Part shown: positions 50,780-61,512 of the stretch, piece after piece
How the letters are laid out: every line of letters starts with the position of its first letter
Numbering within the stretch: the first letter of the stretch is position 1
Assembly (NCBI GenBank): GCA_003331605.1
Contig: QOPD01000005.1
Span: forward strand, 4,437-68,436
Reading direction: 5' to 3'
Length of the DNA: 64,000 nt
Source of the DNA: SAR86 cluster bacterium
GTDB lineage: Bacteria > Pseudomonadota > Gammaproteobacteria > Magnimaribacterales > TMED112
Program-made: the position numbers and the translations under genes
Notes under the pieces: generated by a model
Databases searched by the model: none
The model's input: the letters and a program-made list of their open reading frames with translations, nothing else
Told to the model about the DNA's origin: nothing

Positions 50780-51980
50780 GTGGCAAATTCTTGTACTCAA
50801 GGAAATTAGACATCTGTTTAGAGATACAAAAACCATTGTACAAACTGTTGTTGTCCCTACTTTCATAACGCCACTGCTAATAGGAGCGATTGTCTGGTAT
50901 ATGGGTTCTGTAGCACAAGAAGAAAGTGTAAAAATCTACGATCTTGGTTATCAAGGCGATACTAATAACGAGCTTTATTTTGAATTATCTAATACAGAAC
51001 GATTTAACTTAAATCTCTTCGATAGTGAAGATAAGCTAGTGCTGGCAATGGAAAACGATGAAATCGATATAGGCATTACTTTCCCGAATACTCCGAATCA
51101 ATCTGATATATCTACCAAACAAACTGAAATAAATATTTTTTCTAAAGATCTTGATACTTTTTCACAGGCTAAATCATTATTAATGAACAATGTTTCTACC
51201 TACGAAGATCTAATGATCCAAGCACGAATAGATCAATTAGGTATTGACAAGGAATTTCTTGAACCACTTTTGATTAATGAAAACGATTTAACAACAGACA
51301 AAGAATTTGCAGGGACCATTATTGGTGCACTCATTGCGTTTTTATTTATTGCTTATATTTTACAGGGCTCAATGTATCCAGCCATTGATTTGGGCGCAGG
51401 AGAAAAGGAACGTGGAACTATGGAGACTTTGATTTCTACCAATATTTCCTCACTAGAAATAATTATCGGCAAGATGTTTGCGATAACTGGATCTGCTGTT
51501 ATTACTGCCATATTTTCAACACTTGGATTTATAGTGCCACTGCTTGTAGTGTTTTTATATTTTGGCGATAACCTACCAGAGGCATTCTTTAATATAGTTG
51601 CGGCTATTGTTAACCCAGTGGCTATTTTAGGAATATTTGTCCTCTTAATACCTCTTAGTATATTTATGGGAGCCTTGTTGCTGGCCATTTCAGTTTATTC
51701 AAAGAATCCCAAAGAGGCCGGCTTATTATTGGGAAATGTGATGCTAGTATTTTTTGCCCCGGCTTACTTGCCATTAATCAATCCTGGTTTAGAAATTGAT
51801 ATGATTGGGGCCCTAATCCCTTGTTATAGTTTGGCATTGCATACCAATGCGTTGATTGCTGAAAATATAAATTGGATGCTTTATGGGGTTACTCTTGGAT
51901 CAACGGTACTTTATTCTTTAGTTGCCATCTACATTACTTACGTCATGTTTGATGATGAACGGATCATCTTTAGATCCTAG
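50772..51980 (+). CDS. ABC-2 exporter permease (NatB-like)
   Basis: KEIRHLFRDTKT, AGEKERGTMETL, GKMFA; start moved to ATG 50772. Confidence 0.92.
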   Translation: MAKWQILVLKEIRHLFRDTKTIVQTVVVPTFITPLLIGAIVWYMGSVAQEESVKIYDLGYQGDTNNELYFELSNTERFNLNLFDSEDKLVLAMENDEIDIGITFPNTPNQSDISTKQTEINIFSKDLDTFSQAKSLLMNNVSTYEDLMIQARIDQLGIDKEFLEPLLINENDLTTDKEFAGTIIGALIAFLFIAYILQGSMYPAIDLGAGEKERGTMETLISTNISSLEIIIGKMFAITGSAVITAIFSTLGFIVPLLVVFLYFGDNLPEAFFNIVAAIVNPVAILGIFVLLIPLSIFMGALLLAISVYSKNPKEAGLLLGNVMLVFFAPAYLPLINPGLEIDMIGALIPCYSLALHTNALIAENINWMLYGVTLGSTVLYSLVAIYITYVMFDDERIIFRS

Positions 51981-51984
51981 AGCT

Positions 51985-52617
51985 ATGCGTGTAATAGAAA
52001 CACCCATATCACCATTTCTGCAAAATGCGCCAATATTGGCCTGTGAAGATACATCAGAAGCTATTTTGGTTGACCCAGGAGATGAAGTTGAGAAGCTTTT
52101 AGATGTAGCAAAAATCAACAATCTTAATATTAAATACATAGTTTTAACGCACGGCCATATAGATCATGCTGGTGGCACTAAAAAAATAGCTCAAATGTTA
52201 AATATTGATATTGTTGGACCACATAAAGATGATAAATTCTTATTGGATTCATTAGAACTTCAGGGTCAAATGTATGGTATTGCAGCACAGGTATTTGAAC
52301 CAAATAGATGGCTAGAACATGGTGAGAAACTAACATTTGGTAATCAGGAACTAGAGATTGCTCACTGTCCAGGACACACACCAGGCCACATTGTGCTAAT
52401 TAATCATAATTCTAAAATTATCATTGCTGGTGATGTGCTATTTCAAGGTTCTATAGGACGCACTGATTTACCGAGAGGTAACCATCAAGATTTGCTTGAT
52501 TCAATAAAAAGTAATTTATTAACCCTCGATGATGATTACAAAGTTTATTCTGGTCATGGAGCACCAACCAATATTGGCGTTGAGCGACAAACAAATCCAT
52601 ATCTTGTAAATGCTTAG
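51985..52617 (+). CDS. metallo-beta-lactamase-fold hydrolase (glyoxalase II/YcbL-like)
   Basis: LTHGHIDHAGG, CPGHTPGH, GDVLFQGSIGRTD, SGHG. Confidence 0.93.
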   Translation: MRVIETPISPFLQNAPILACEDTSEAILVDPGDEVEKLLDVAKINNLNIKYIVLTHGHIDHAGGTKKIAQMLNIDIVGPHKDDKFLLDSLELQGQMYGIAAQVFEPNRWLEHGEKLTFGNQELEIAHCPGHTPGHIVLINHNSKIIIAGDVLFQGSIGRTDLPRGNHQDLLDSIKSNLLTLDDDYKVYSGHGAPTNIGVERQTNPYLVNA

Positions 52618-53056
52618 TGCTAATGTCTATGCAAACATGCGCTTAGTGATAAAAGAAGCGAAAAATAATCTTAAAAACAATCAAATACCAATTGCAGCAT
52701 TGATAGTTAATACATTAACCAATGAAATAATTGCTAAGGCTGCAAATACTGATTCACCGGTAGGGCATGCTGAATTATTAGCAATCAATCAAGCCCTGGA
52801 ATTGCATGATACCAACAGATTAAATAATTGCGATATTTATGTATCGATTGAACCTTGTGCAATGTGCGCATATGCAATAAGAAAATGTCACTTAAATACT
52901 TTATATTTTGGTGCCGAAGATCAAAAGGGTGGGGGGATAATTAATAGTACACAGGATAATCTGAAACCAATCAATCATGTTTCTCATATTTACGAGAAAG
53001 AAACTGCTGATTTATTGTCCTCTTTTTTTCGTGATAAAAGAGAATCAAAGGTATAA
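52610..53056 (+). CDS. tadA: tRNA adenosine deaminase-like
   Basis: HAE and EPCAMC Zn motifs, YFGAED.KGG. Confidence 0.85.
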   Translation: MLSANVYANMRLVIKEAKNNLKNNQIPIAALIVNTLTNEIIAKAANTDSPVGHAELLAINQALELHDTNRLNNCDIYVSIEPCAMCAYAIRKCHLNTLYFGAEDQKGGGIINSTQDNLKPINHVSHIYEKETADLLSSFFRDKRESKV

Positions 53057-53064
53057 TTCAAAAA

Positions 53065-54378
53065 ATGTCATACGACCTGATTCTAAAAAATGGAACTGTC
53101 TTTTTTCCTGATAAAAGGGAAATTACCGATGTTGCTGTAAAAAATGAAAAAATTGTTGGATTTGGTTCATTCGATTCAGCTGACCGAATTATTGACTGCT
53201 CCAACTTATTTATTTTCCCAGGCTTAATAGATACACAATGTCATTTTAGAGAGCCAGGTGGCGAACATAAAGAAACATTAGAAACTGGTACTAAATCTGC
53301 AGCACTAGGGGGTGTTACTGGTATATTTGAAATGCCAAATACCAATCCTCTAACTGTGACCCCTGAAGCCATGGATTTTAAGATCGACAAAGCCATTGAA
53401 ACTTCTTATGTTGATTTTGCTTTTTATTTTGGTGGTACAGCTCAAAATTCATCGCAGCTTACAGATTGGGAGAATCTGCCTGGTGTTTGTGGTATTAAAA
53501 TTTTCATGGGAGCAAGCACTGGTAATCTCCTGTCTGCCACAGATGAAGAAATCGAACTGATCGTAAAGAATGGTCAAAGAGTCATAGCAGTCCATGCTGA
53601 AGATGAGCACATAATGAACGCTAATAAAATTACTGTCCTTGGTAATAGCAATGATGTTGCTATGCATAATAAATGGCGTAGCGTTGAAAGTTGTTTGAGC
53701 GCAACTAAACGCATTGTTGCATTGGCAACAAAACACAATAGACGTGTTCATATTCTTCACCTGACAACCAAAGATGAAATGGCCTTTCTTAAGAACCATA
53801 AATCAGTCGCTAGTGCTGAGGTGCTAGCAAATCATTTAACACTCCATGCACCCGAGTGTTATGAACTGTATGGCACTCTTGCTCAACAAAATCCACCAAT
53901 AAGAGAAAAAGAACATCAAGATGCTTTATGGCAGGCAGTTAGCGATGGAACCATTGATATAGCTGCTTCCGATCATGCGCCTCACACCTTGGATGAAAAA
54001 AATGGAATCTACCCAAATACGCCCAGTGGCACTCCCGGAGTACAGACGCTTATTCCGATTATGTTAAATCATGTTCATGAAGGCAGGTTATCTTACGAGA
54101 GGTTAGTTGATCTCATGGCCTATGGCCCTTCAAGAGTTCATAAGATTAAAAATAAATGTTTTATCAAAGAGAATTACGATGCCGATTTCACAATAGTGGA
54201 TCCTAAATTAAAACATATTATTACTAATGATGAACAGGCTTCAAAGTCTAAATGGACACCTTACGATAATAAAAAAGTTACTGGTTTTCCTGTAATGACA
54301 ATCATACGTGGGCAAACCATTATGAGAGAAGGTGAACTAATAAATAAGGCTAACAAGCCTATTGAATTTCATATTTAA
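53065..54378 (+). CDS. pyrC: dihydroorotase (long, class I type)
   Basis: [35 protein letters not shown]. Confidence 0.88.
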   Translation: MSYDLILKNGTVFFPDKREITDVAVKNEKIVGFGSFDSADRIIDCSNLFIFPGLIDTQCHFREPGGEHKETLETGTKSAALGGVTGIFEMPNTNPLTVTPEAMDFKIDKAIETSYVDFAFYFGGTAQNSSQLTDWENLPGVCGIKIFMGASTGNLLSATDEEIELIVKNGQRVIAVHAEDEHIMNANKITVLGNSNDVAMHNKWRSVESCLSATKRIVALATKHNRRVHILHLTTKDEMAFLKNHKSVASAEVLANHLTLHAPECYELYGTLAQQNPPIREKEHQDALWQAVSDGTIDIAASDHAPHTLDEKNGIYPNTPSGTPGVQTLIPIMLNHVHEGRLSYERLVDLMAYGPSRVHKIKNKCFIKENYDADFTIVDPKLKHIITNDEQASKSKWTPYDNKKVTGFPVMTIIRGQTIMREGELINKANKPIEFHI

Positions 54379-54596
54379 GGTACTGGATCGTTTCCTGATT
54401 CGCCCCAAGGATGACACCTGATAATTCTTTTTAAAGCAAGATATAAACCTTTTAGAGCACCGTATTTGGTAATTGCTTGGATTGCATAGTGAGAGCAAGT
54501 TGGATTGAATCTGCAACTTGGTCCAATCAGAGGTGATAGCACTATTTGATACATCTTAATAGGTAAAATAAAGACGAAGTTAATTAATTTGGACAT
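54375..54596 (-). CDS. yidD: membrane protein insertion efficiency factor
   Basis: [23 protein letters not shown]...[13 protein letters not shown]; TGATG overlap with thrS. Confidence 0.96.
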   Translation of the reverse strand: MSKLINFVFILPIKMYQIVLSPLIGPSCRFNPTCSHYAIQAITKYGALKGLYLALKRIIRCHPWGESGNDPVP

Positions 54597-56539
54597 CAAT
54601 CCAATGGAGACTTAGCCTCTTCAACTAAAGAAGCTAAGAAGTCAATTGTGTTTTGAGATTCAGTATTGGTCGAGCCCAGCCTTCGTATCGAAACTGTTTT
54701 ATTTGCGACTTCATTTTTACCGAGTGCAATAATGATAGGTCTTTTTAATTCACTGTGTTCGCGAATTTTATAGCTAATTTGTTCATTTCTAGTGTCTAGC
54801 TGCACTCTAATATTTGCATTATTTAAAGATTTACGTAGCGATTTGGCATAGCCATCGGCCTCCGATGTAATGGTGCATATAACAACTTGGATAGGCGCTA
54901 ACCAAAGGGGGAAATTTCCACTGTAGTTTTCAATTAAAATCCCAATAAATCGTTCAAACGACCCAAGTATGGCTCTGTGCATCATAACTGGGACGTGTTT
55001 ATTGCCATCCTCGCCAATGTATTTAGCTTCTAATCTGGTTGGAAGATTAAAATCTGCTTGAAAAGTACCACATTGCCACTTTCTACCAATAGCATCGGTA
55101 AGGACAAAATCAAGTTTAGGACCATAAAATGCTCCATCGCCTTCATCAATTTCATAATTAAGTCCAAGGTATTTAATGGCATCCTCTAGTGATTTTTCCG
55201 CTTTATCCCAAATCTCATCCGATCCAACCCGATTTTCTGGACGTGTTGAAAGCTTTATATCGAAATTATTAAATCCAAGATCAGAATATATTTTTGATAA
55301 AAGTTCGATAAAATTTTCTGTCTCTTGCATTATTTGATCTTCGGTGCAGAAAATATGACCATCGTCTTGAGTGAAGCCTCTAACTCTCATTAAACCATGC
55401 ATAGTGCCAGATGGTTCGTATCTATGACATGAACCAAATTCTGCAAGTCTCAGTGGCAGGTCCCTGTAGGACCTAAGATCGTGGTTATAAATTTGGACAT
55501 GACATGGGCAATTCATTGGTTTAAGTGCATTGGTGCGCTTATCATTAGCATGCTGTTCATCTATTTCAGTAATGAACATATTTTCTCGGTACTTATCCCA
55601 ATGTCCTGATTTTTCCCATAATTTTCTATCCACTACTTGTGGCGTTTTAATTTCTTGATAGTTGTAATTTGATTGCATTTTTCTAATGTATCTTTCAAGT
55701 TCAGTATAAATTTTCCACCCATCTGGGTGCCAAAATACCATCCCTGGAGCATCGTCTTGGAAATGAAAGAGTTTTAACTCTTTACCAATTTTACGATGGT
55801 CTCTTAATTCGGCATCTTCAATTTGTTTGAGATATGCATCTAGTTCTTTTTTGGTATTCCATGCTGTTCCATAAATTCTTGTAAGCATTGTGTTTTTTGC
55901 ATCTCCTTTCCAGTATGCACCTGAAACCTTTGTTAACTTAAAGTGTCCTATTTGTTTTAAGGATCTTAAATGCGGTCCTCGGCAAAGGTCGATGAATCCA
56001 CTTTCCTCTTGCAGATAAATTTGAAAATTATCTTTTTGTTTCGATTCAGCAATTATTTCAGCTTTAAATGGTTCATTGATATCAGTAAATTCTTTAATAG
56101 CCGATTGCTTGGTATGTAATGTTTTGGTTATATTGGAACCGCTATTTATGATATTCATCATTTCTTGTTCAATTTTTGGTAAATCGTCAATTGAAATAGT
56201 CTCTGGACTTAAGAAGTCGTAATAAAACCCATTATCAATAGTAGGACCAATAGCTAATTGTGCTTTAGGGTATAGATTTTTTATGGCTGATGCGAGAACC
56301 TGTGCTGTCAGTGTATGACGCATAATCTCCAGGCCCTCAGGTGTATTCTTAGTAATAATTGATACTTCGTCACTATCATTTAGATGATCTAGTAAATCCT
56401 GTTGTGCTCCATTGACCAGCACAGCAATTGAATCATTGGCTAGTCTTTCACCAATACTCTTCGCTAGATCTAAGCCATTTGAATTTTGAGGCAACTGTTT
56501 AGTTGAGCCATCAGGCAGTTTTATATTTATTTTGTCCAT
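54596..56539 (-). CDS. thrS: threonine-tRNA ligase
   Basis: TGS domain, [38 protein letters not shown]. Confidence 0.99.
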   Translation of the reverse strand: MDKINIKLPDGSTKQLPQNSNGLDLAKSIGERLANDSIAVLVNGAQQDLLDHLNDSDEVSIITKNTPEGLEIMRHTLTAQVLASAIKNLYPKAQLAIGPTIDNGFYYDFLSPETISIDDLPKIEQEMMNIINSGSNITKTLHTKQSAIKEFTDINEPFKAEIIAESKQKDNFQIYLQEESGFIDLCRGPHLRSLKQIGHFKLTKVSGAYWKGDAKNTMLTRIYGTAWNTKKELDAYLKQIEDAELRDHRKIGKELKLFHFQDDAPGMVFWHPDGWKIYTELERYIRKMQSNYNYQEIKTPQVVDRKLWEKSGHWDKYRENMFITEIDEQHANDKRTNALKPMNCPCHVQIYNHDLRSYRDLPLRLAEFGSCHRYEPSGTMHGLMRVRGFTQDDGHIFCTEDQIMQETENFIELLSKIYSDLGFNNFDIKLSTRPENRVGSDEIWDKAEKSLEDAIKYLGLNYEIDEGDGAFYGPKLDFVLTDAIGRKWQCGTFQADFNLPTRLEAKYIGEDGNKHVPVMMHRAILGSFERFIGILIENYSGNFPLWLAPIQVVICTITSEADGYAKSLRKSLNNANIRVQLDTRNEQISYKIREHSELKRPIIIALGKNEVANKTVSIRRLGSTNTESQNTIDFLASLVEEAKSPLD

Positions 56540-57852
56540 TCAGTTTTACCACCAATATCTTTAATAGAGACCTTCATTTTATCTAATTTATCTCTGATTT
56601 TATCAGCTTCTTCATAATTGCCATTTTTTCTTGCTTGGTTTCTTTGTATAATTAACTGCTCAATCAGTTTAATTTCCTCAGCAGAAATTGAGTTATCTTG
56701 ATTTGAACCCTCAAATATATATTTATATGTTGCTATTTCTCGGTCGATGTTTTGATCATCACTAGCTAGTTTCTCTTGAAAAACAGATAGAGCGAGAGGG
56801 GTGTTTAAATCATCTAAAAGACACTCTCCGACTTTAGAACTACGATGGAACGCAGGTTCAATATGATCAAAGTTTTGAAGCTTAGAGCATATTTTTTTAC
56901 GGATTGAAGCCGATTGTGTCAGCAATGTTTGAGACCAGGGTATTGGTTGTCTGTAGTGTGAAGATAACAAGGCAAGTCGTATCTCGTTCCCTTTAAAATC
57001 AGTTAACAAATCTTCTAAGTAAATAACATTTCCCTCAGATTTAGACATTTTCTCATTTTGTAAGTTTAAGAATCCATTATGTATCCAATACTTAGCAAAT
57101 GCTGTTGGATCTTCTGTCCCATGAAAGCCACAGGTTTGAGCAATTTCATTATCGTGATGAGGAAATTTAAGATCATTCCCTCCGCCATGGATGTCAAAGG
57201 GTACTGATAGTGTCTCTTGAGACATTACAGAGCATTCTAGATGCCATCCCGGTCTCCCAATGCCCCAAGGAGATTCCCAGCCTGGCTCATTATCTAAAGA
57301 TGGTTTCCATAATATAAAATCATTTGAATTCTTCTTATATGATTCAACTTTAATACGAGAGCCTTTAATTTGTTCTTCTAGCTTTCTATCCGATAAAACT
57401 CCATACTGTGGAAATTTGGTGGTATCAAATAAAACGTTACCATTTACTTCATAAGCAGCATCTTTATCCAGCAAGACTTCAATAAAACTTATCATGGATG
57501 GTATAAAGTCAGTTGCAAATGGTTGTATATCAGGAGCAGAAATTCCAAGCAAAGAAGAATCATCAATGTATTGTTGGAAATATTTGTTGGTCAACTCATC
57601 AATAGACATATTTGCTTCAACGCTGGCTGCAATAATTTTGTCATCAATATCTGTAATATTGGATACATAAGTAACTTTTGGGTATATGCCTTTAAGAACT
57701 TTAGAAAGCAAATCTCCTACTAAAGCAGCTCTGAAATTTCCGACATGCAATTTGTTGTATACGGTTGGTCCACAAAAATAAATTCTTATGTGCTCCTTAT
57801 CAATTGGTACAAAATCTTCTTTTGTTTTAGTAAGGCTGTTGTATAGCTTCAT
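56527..57852 (-). CDS. cysS: cysteine-tRNA ligase
   Basis: CGPTVY..LHVGN, GRPGWHLECS, HGGG.DL.FPHH.NE, KMSKS. Confidence 0.98.
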   Translation of the reverse strand: MKLYNSLTKTKEDFVPIDKEHIRIYFCGPTVYNKLHVGNFRAALVGDLLSKVLKGIYPKVTYVSNITDIDDKIIAASVEANMSIDELTNKYFQQYIDDSSLLGISAPDIQPFATDFIPSMISFIEVLLDKDAAYEVNGNVLFDTTKFPQYGVLSDRKLEEQIKGSRIKVESYKKNSNDFILWKPSLDNEPGWESPWGIGRPGWHLECSVMSQETLSVPFDIHGGGNDLKFPHHDNEIAQTCGFHGTEDPTAFAKYWIHNGFLNLQNEKMSKSEGNVIYLEDLLTDFKGNEIRLALLSSHYRQPIPWSQTLLTQSASIRKKICSKLQNFDHIEPAFHRSSKVGECLLDDLNTPLALSVFQEKLASDDQNIDREIATYKYIFEGSNQDNSISAEEIKLIEQLIIQRNQARKNGNYEEADKIRDKLDKMKVSIKDIGGKTEWTK

Positions 57853-58289
57853 TGATATTTACTGTATGTTGCACTATTGGCTTGATGTTCTGAAACAGTA
57901 ACGTACTCAACCGTTATTTTATCTCCTAATGATTTGATATGGTCATCAATAAACTCATACGTCATTTGAGCAAATGCTTCGCAACTTATTCTTGGCACAA
58001 TGACAATATTAGCGGAAACCTGATTAAGCTTTACTAACTCTTCTAATTCAGGATCATCTTGTGCAAGAATTAATTTATGATCAAAGTTATTTTGCAACCA
58101 TTCTTTTAGGAAATTAAAATTACCAAAGTCGTAAACCCAGTTTTGCTCATTTAATTGGTTTGAAGATAAACCAACTTCAAAAGCCAAACTATAGCCATGA
58201 ATATATTTACAATTCGATTGTGCATTCCATTGGCGAAATGCACAGGAGTAACCTCTGTCATGACCAAATTTTTTTGTGACTTTATACAT
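57849..58289 (-). CDS. queD: 6-carboxy-5,6,7,8-tetrahydropterin synthase (QueD/PTPS family)
   Basis: CKYIHGYS, VYDFG, FDHK, SCE, V.E. Confidence 0.88.
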   Translation of the reverse strand: MYKVTKKFGHDRGYSCAFRQWNAQSNCKYIHGYSLAFEVGLSSNQLNEQNWVYDFGNFNFLKEWLQNNFDHKLILAQDDPELEELVKLNQVSANIVIVPRISCEAFAQMTYEFIDDHIKSLGDKITVEYVTVSEHQANSATYSKYQ

Positions 58290-58851
58290 GCTCGTTTAAA
58301 TTCTTTAATAAATGTTCAATTGGTAACCCATTTATGGCTTCTAAAGTTCCAGTAACACTGTTAAAAAGTTTATATCCATTTTCTTCAAACTTATATGCCC
58401 CACATGAATTATATGGTTCATCTAATTTTATATAGTCCTCAATTTCTTGTTTTGATAATGATCTCATTGACATTTCACTTGTTACTTGCTCTTTATAGAT
58501 GACTTCCTTGTTTTGACAAAAAAAATAACTCCCGATTAAAAAATGAGTTTTGTTGCTCAGTTCCATTAATTGATTGCATGCAGCCTCACTGTTTAAAGGT
58601 TTTGAATAAATCTTATCTTCTAATAGACAGATTTGGTCACAGCCCAATATTATGTGATCTTTGTAATCAGATACGCTCAAAGCCTTAGCCTTAGCTAGTT
58701 CGTAACATAATTCATTAGGAGCAAGATCACCTAATTGATCTTTTAGTAGCTCCTCATTGATTTGTGGTGATGTAAATTTAATATCTGAACAATAGGCAGA
58801 GGCAATCTTTCTTCTTATTTCTGAATTTGATGCTAAGACAATTTTTTTCAA
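58282..58851 (-). CDS. maf: Maf-family nucleoside triphosphate pyrophosphatase
   Basis: IVLASNSEIRR, LAKAKA, GCDQ, YSKP, CGAYKFE, INGLP. Confidence 0.93.
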   Translation of the reverse strand: MKKIVLASNSEIRRKIASAYCSDIKFTSPQINEELLKDQLGDLAPNELCYELAKAKALSVSDYKDHIILGCDQICLLEDKIYSKPLNSEAACNQLMELSNKTHFLIGSYFFCQNKEVIYKEQVTSEMSMRSLSKQEIEDYIKLDEPYNSCGAYKFEENGYKLFNSVTGTLEAINGLPIEHLLKNLNEHV

Positions 58852-58860
58852 ATGAGTAAA

Positions 58861-59439
58861 TTAAATCTTTGGCAAGCGAATTAGACTTAAAAATTCATTC
58901 CTTGTACGGTGATTATCGTTAAATACACCTTTCATTGAACTTGTAACTGTAGAAGATTCAGTTTTATGAACACCTCTAGTAGACATACATTGATGATACG
59001 CATCAATAACAACAGCCACACCTTTTGGCTTTAAAACTTTTTGTATGGCATTGGCAATCTGAGCTGTCATAGTTTCTTGTGTTTGCAACCTTTTACCATA
59101 TACATCAACAATTCTAGCTAATTTACTTATCCCAACAACTCTATTGGTCGGTATGTAGGCAACATGTGCTTTTCCAATTATGGGAAGCATATGGTGCTCA
59201 CAGTGTGATTCAACTCTAATATCTTTAACCAAGACCATTTCATCGTAGCCCTCAACTTCTTCAAATGTCTTCTCTAAAATTTCTTCAGGATCGGTTTCAT
59301 AACCTGCAAAGAATTCTTTGTATGCTTCAGCAACACGTTTCGGAGTTTCAATTAAGCCTTCTCTTGAGGGATCATCACCAGCCCAAGCCAACATTATGCG
59401 GACTGCGGCATGTACTTCTGCTTCTGTTGGTTTCTTCAT
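58861..59439 (-). CDS. folE: GTP cyclohydrolase I
   Basis: [38 protein letters not shown]. Confidence 0.98.
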   Translation of the reverse strand: MKKPTEAEVHAAVRIMLAWAGDDPSREGLIETPKRVAEAYKEFFAGYETDPEEILEKTFEEVEGYDEMVLVKDIRVESHCEHHMLPIIGKAHVAYIPTNRVVGISKLARIVDVYGKRLQTQETMTAQIANAIQKVLKPKGVAVVIDAYHQCMSTRGVHKTESSTVTSSMKGVFNDNHRTRNEFLSLIRLPKI

Positions 59440-59471
59440 AATGAGGCCATTATAACTGCTTCTAGATTGAT

Positions 59472-60431
59472 TTAGAAACTAATTGATGCTGATTCTAATG
59501 TCTTATTGTCCTTATCAATTAAATTCACAGTTAGAGAATCATTTTCGATTGTCAAAAGTCCAAAATTATTTTGAGGATAGGTTTTTCCTAATAACAATGT
59601 ATCTGTTTCAACTTTTTGCGAGGAATTACGATTTAATGAAGAGGATGTCACTTCTAGGATGTTCTCATATTGGTAAATACCCCCTCTATGCCTATCCCCT
59701 GACAATATCAGTGTTGGAGCTGAATGGTTGACTAACAATTGTAGTAATTTGTCTCTTTCTGCAGGGATGTTAAACCACTTTTCAAATCTATGTTCTGTAG
59801 GTATTACTTGAATTGATGAAGCAAGTATTAAAAGATCGTGATCAATATTAAGGGTTCTTTTAAGCCAATCCCACTGTTCAGTACCTAATATTGTCGCTGA
59901 AGGGTCAAGATTAGGTAGATGCACTCCTTTAACCCTTTGAATATCTGATCTAAAGTATCTGGTATCTAAGCCGACAATCAATACTTTATTATTGTGGATT
60001 TTTTTAACAGAAGCGTAGTATATGCCTGGTCTTGATCTTCTTTCATCGTTAGATGGTATATTCCAAAAATCAAAATAAAGTTCTTCAGCCTTTTGCTTAA
60101 ATTTATAATCTGCACCAGCATTGTTTTTTCCATAATCATGATCGTCCCAAATCGAATATAGTTCTATCGATTTTAACCAGCTGGGAATCGCTTTCTTTTG
60201 AAGCTCATAAGAAGATTTTAGTTTCCAAGGTAATCCCGATGATGTGTCACCATAGATATTATCGCCAAGGAAAAAGAAACTATTGATATTGTTATTTTTT
60301 ATAGCAGACCAAATGGGAGCAGGGTAGTTTTGATGAAGGCAAGAACCAAATGCCATCTTATAGACGTCTGTTGCATATAACGGGTTGATAAAAAATAAGA
60401 TTAGTACAATCAACTTAGTCAAATTTTTCAT
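59472..60431 (-). CDS. PhoD-like metallophosphatase with signal peptide
   Basis: [32 protein letters not shown]. Start uncertain (60431 or 60440). Confidence 0.88.
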   Translation of the reverse strand: MKNLTKLIVLILFFINPLYATDVYKMAFGSCLHQNYPAPIWSAIKNNNINSFFFLGDNIYGDTSSGLPWKLKSSYELQKKAIPSWLKSIELYSIWDDHDYGKNNAGADYKFKQKAEELYFDFWNIPSNDERRSRPGIYYASVKKIHNNKVLIVGLDTRYFRSDIQRVKGVHLPNLDPSATILGTEQWDWLKRTLNIDHDLLILASSIQVIPTEHRFEKWFNIPAERDKLLQLLVNHSAPTLILSGDRHRGGIYQYENILEVTSSSLNRNSSQKVETDTLLLGKTYPQNNFGLLTIENDSLTVNLIDKDNKTLESASISF

Positions 60432-60461
60432 TTGATACATGTTACTACTAATGAAATAAGC

Positions 60462-60490
60462 TTGAAACAAAAAAACAGAGAGAGTATATT
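60462..60490 (+). promoter_or_regulatory. sigma70 promoter of tRNA-Gly
   Basis: TTGAAA, 17 nt, TATATT, 13 nt before the tRNA. Confidence 0.7.
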
Positions 60491-60503
60491 TATGCTCTTA
60501 TAA

Positions 60504-60579
60504 GCGAGTGTAGCACAGTTGGTAGTGCGCAACCTTGCCAAGGTTGAGGTCAGGGGTTCGAACCCCCTCACTCGCTCCA
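60504..60579 (+). tRNA. tRNA-Gly (anticodon GCC)
   Basis: GCGAGTGTAGCACAGTTGGTAGTGCG CAACC-TT GCC AA-GGTTG...GGTTCGAACCC...CTCGCTCCA; 76 nt. Confidence 0.97.
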
Positions 60580-60580
60580 T

Positions 60581-60703
60581 TTATTTGTGTTTCCACTTTA
60601 TTCTATTTGTCCGCTTAGTTTGTTTTTTGCCTGCCCTTAGATTAAATAATAAATAGGTTGCAGGTATAAGCAGCACCAAAATTATTAAAAGAATCGTTTC
60701 CAT
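60581..60703 (-). CDS. 40-aa single-TM small protein (missed by ORF track)
   Basis: METILLIILVLLIPATYLLFNLRAGKKQTKRTNRIKWKHK*; ATG overlaps the upstream stop (TAATG). Confidence 0.6.
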   Translation of the reverse strand: METILLIILVLLIPATYLLFNLRAGKKQTKRTNRIKWKHK

Positions 60704-61470
60704 TAACGGCTTCTGATTTTTGACAGCAATCTAAGTATTTCAAGATACAACCAAATTAAAGTTACCATTAAAGAGAAAGCTCCGTACCATTCAAGATATT
60801 TGGGAGCGCCTTGTTCAGCACCTTGTTCAATGTAGTCAAAATCCAAGACTAAATTGAGCGCAGCAATTGCTACAACGGCTAATGAAAATAATATTCCAAA
60901 AGTGCCATTAGAATGAATAAAACCAATGCTTGCACCAAAAAACCCCATGATGATATTGACAAGGTAGGTAATGAAAATACCAAAAGTTGCTGCAAAAAGC
61001 ATAAGTCGAAAGTTTTCATCTGGTTTAATGATGCCTGTTTTATAAGCAAATAATAAAGAAAACAAGGTTCCAAAGGTAAGGGTAACTGCTTGAATAGTAA
61101 TACCACCAAATTGTGCTTCATACATTGCTGAGATACCACCTAGAGCAAAACCTTTAGCTATTGCATAAGCTGGTGCTGTAATGCCAGCCCAAGTTTTTTT
61201 AAATATTGTGATCATGGCAAAAATAAAGCCAACAATCATGCCACCCCATACGTAACCAGTTATAGCAGAAGGTCCATATGAGAAATATTGGCTCCATGTG
61301 TAGGAGGCAGTTAATAATACGAGCAGAAGACTAATGCCAACTTTATTGACAGTTCCTTGCAATGTCATTTGTTCAATTTGACCTTCAATAACTGTTTCTG
61401 TAAAAGTTTTACTTGAAAACATTGGATTACCAGATCGGCCAAACGTTTGTAATGCTTGTTTTGAGTTCAT
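60703..61470 (-). CDS. Bax inhibitor-1/YccA-family membrane protein
   Basis: RSGNP, MTLQGTV.K, LVLDFD.IE.G...GAPKYLEWYGAF.L.VTLIWLYLEILRLL. Confidence 0.93.
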   Translation of the reverse strand: MNSKQALQTFGRSGNPMFSSKTFTETVIEGQIEQMTLQGTVNKVGISLLLVLLTASYTWSQYFSYGPSAITGYVWGGMIVGFIFAMITIFKKTWAGITAPAYAIAKGFALGGISAMYEAQFGGITIQAVTLTFGTLFSLLFAYKTGIIKPDENFRLMLFAATFGIFITYLVNIIMGFFGASIGFIHSNGTFGILFSLAVVAIAALNLVLDFDYIEQGAEQGAPKYLEWYGAFSLMVTLIWLYLEILRLLSKIRSR

Positions 61471-61512
61471 ATCTTTATTATATATACGATATTTTTAGTT
61501 TAAACTACGTGT

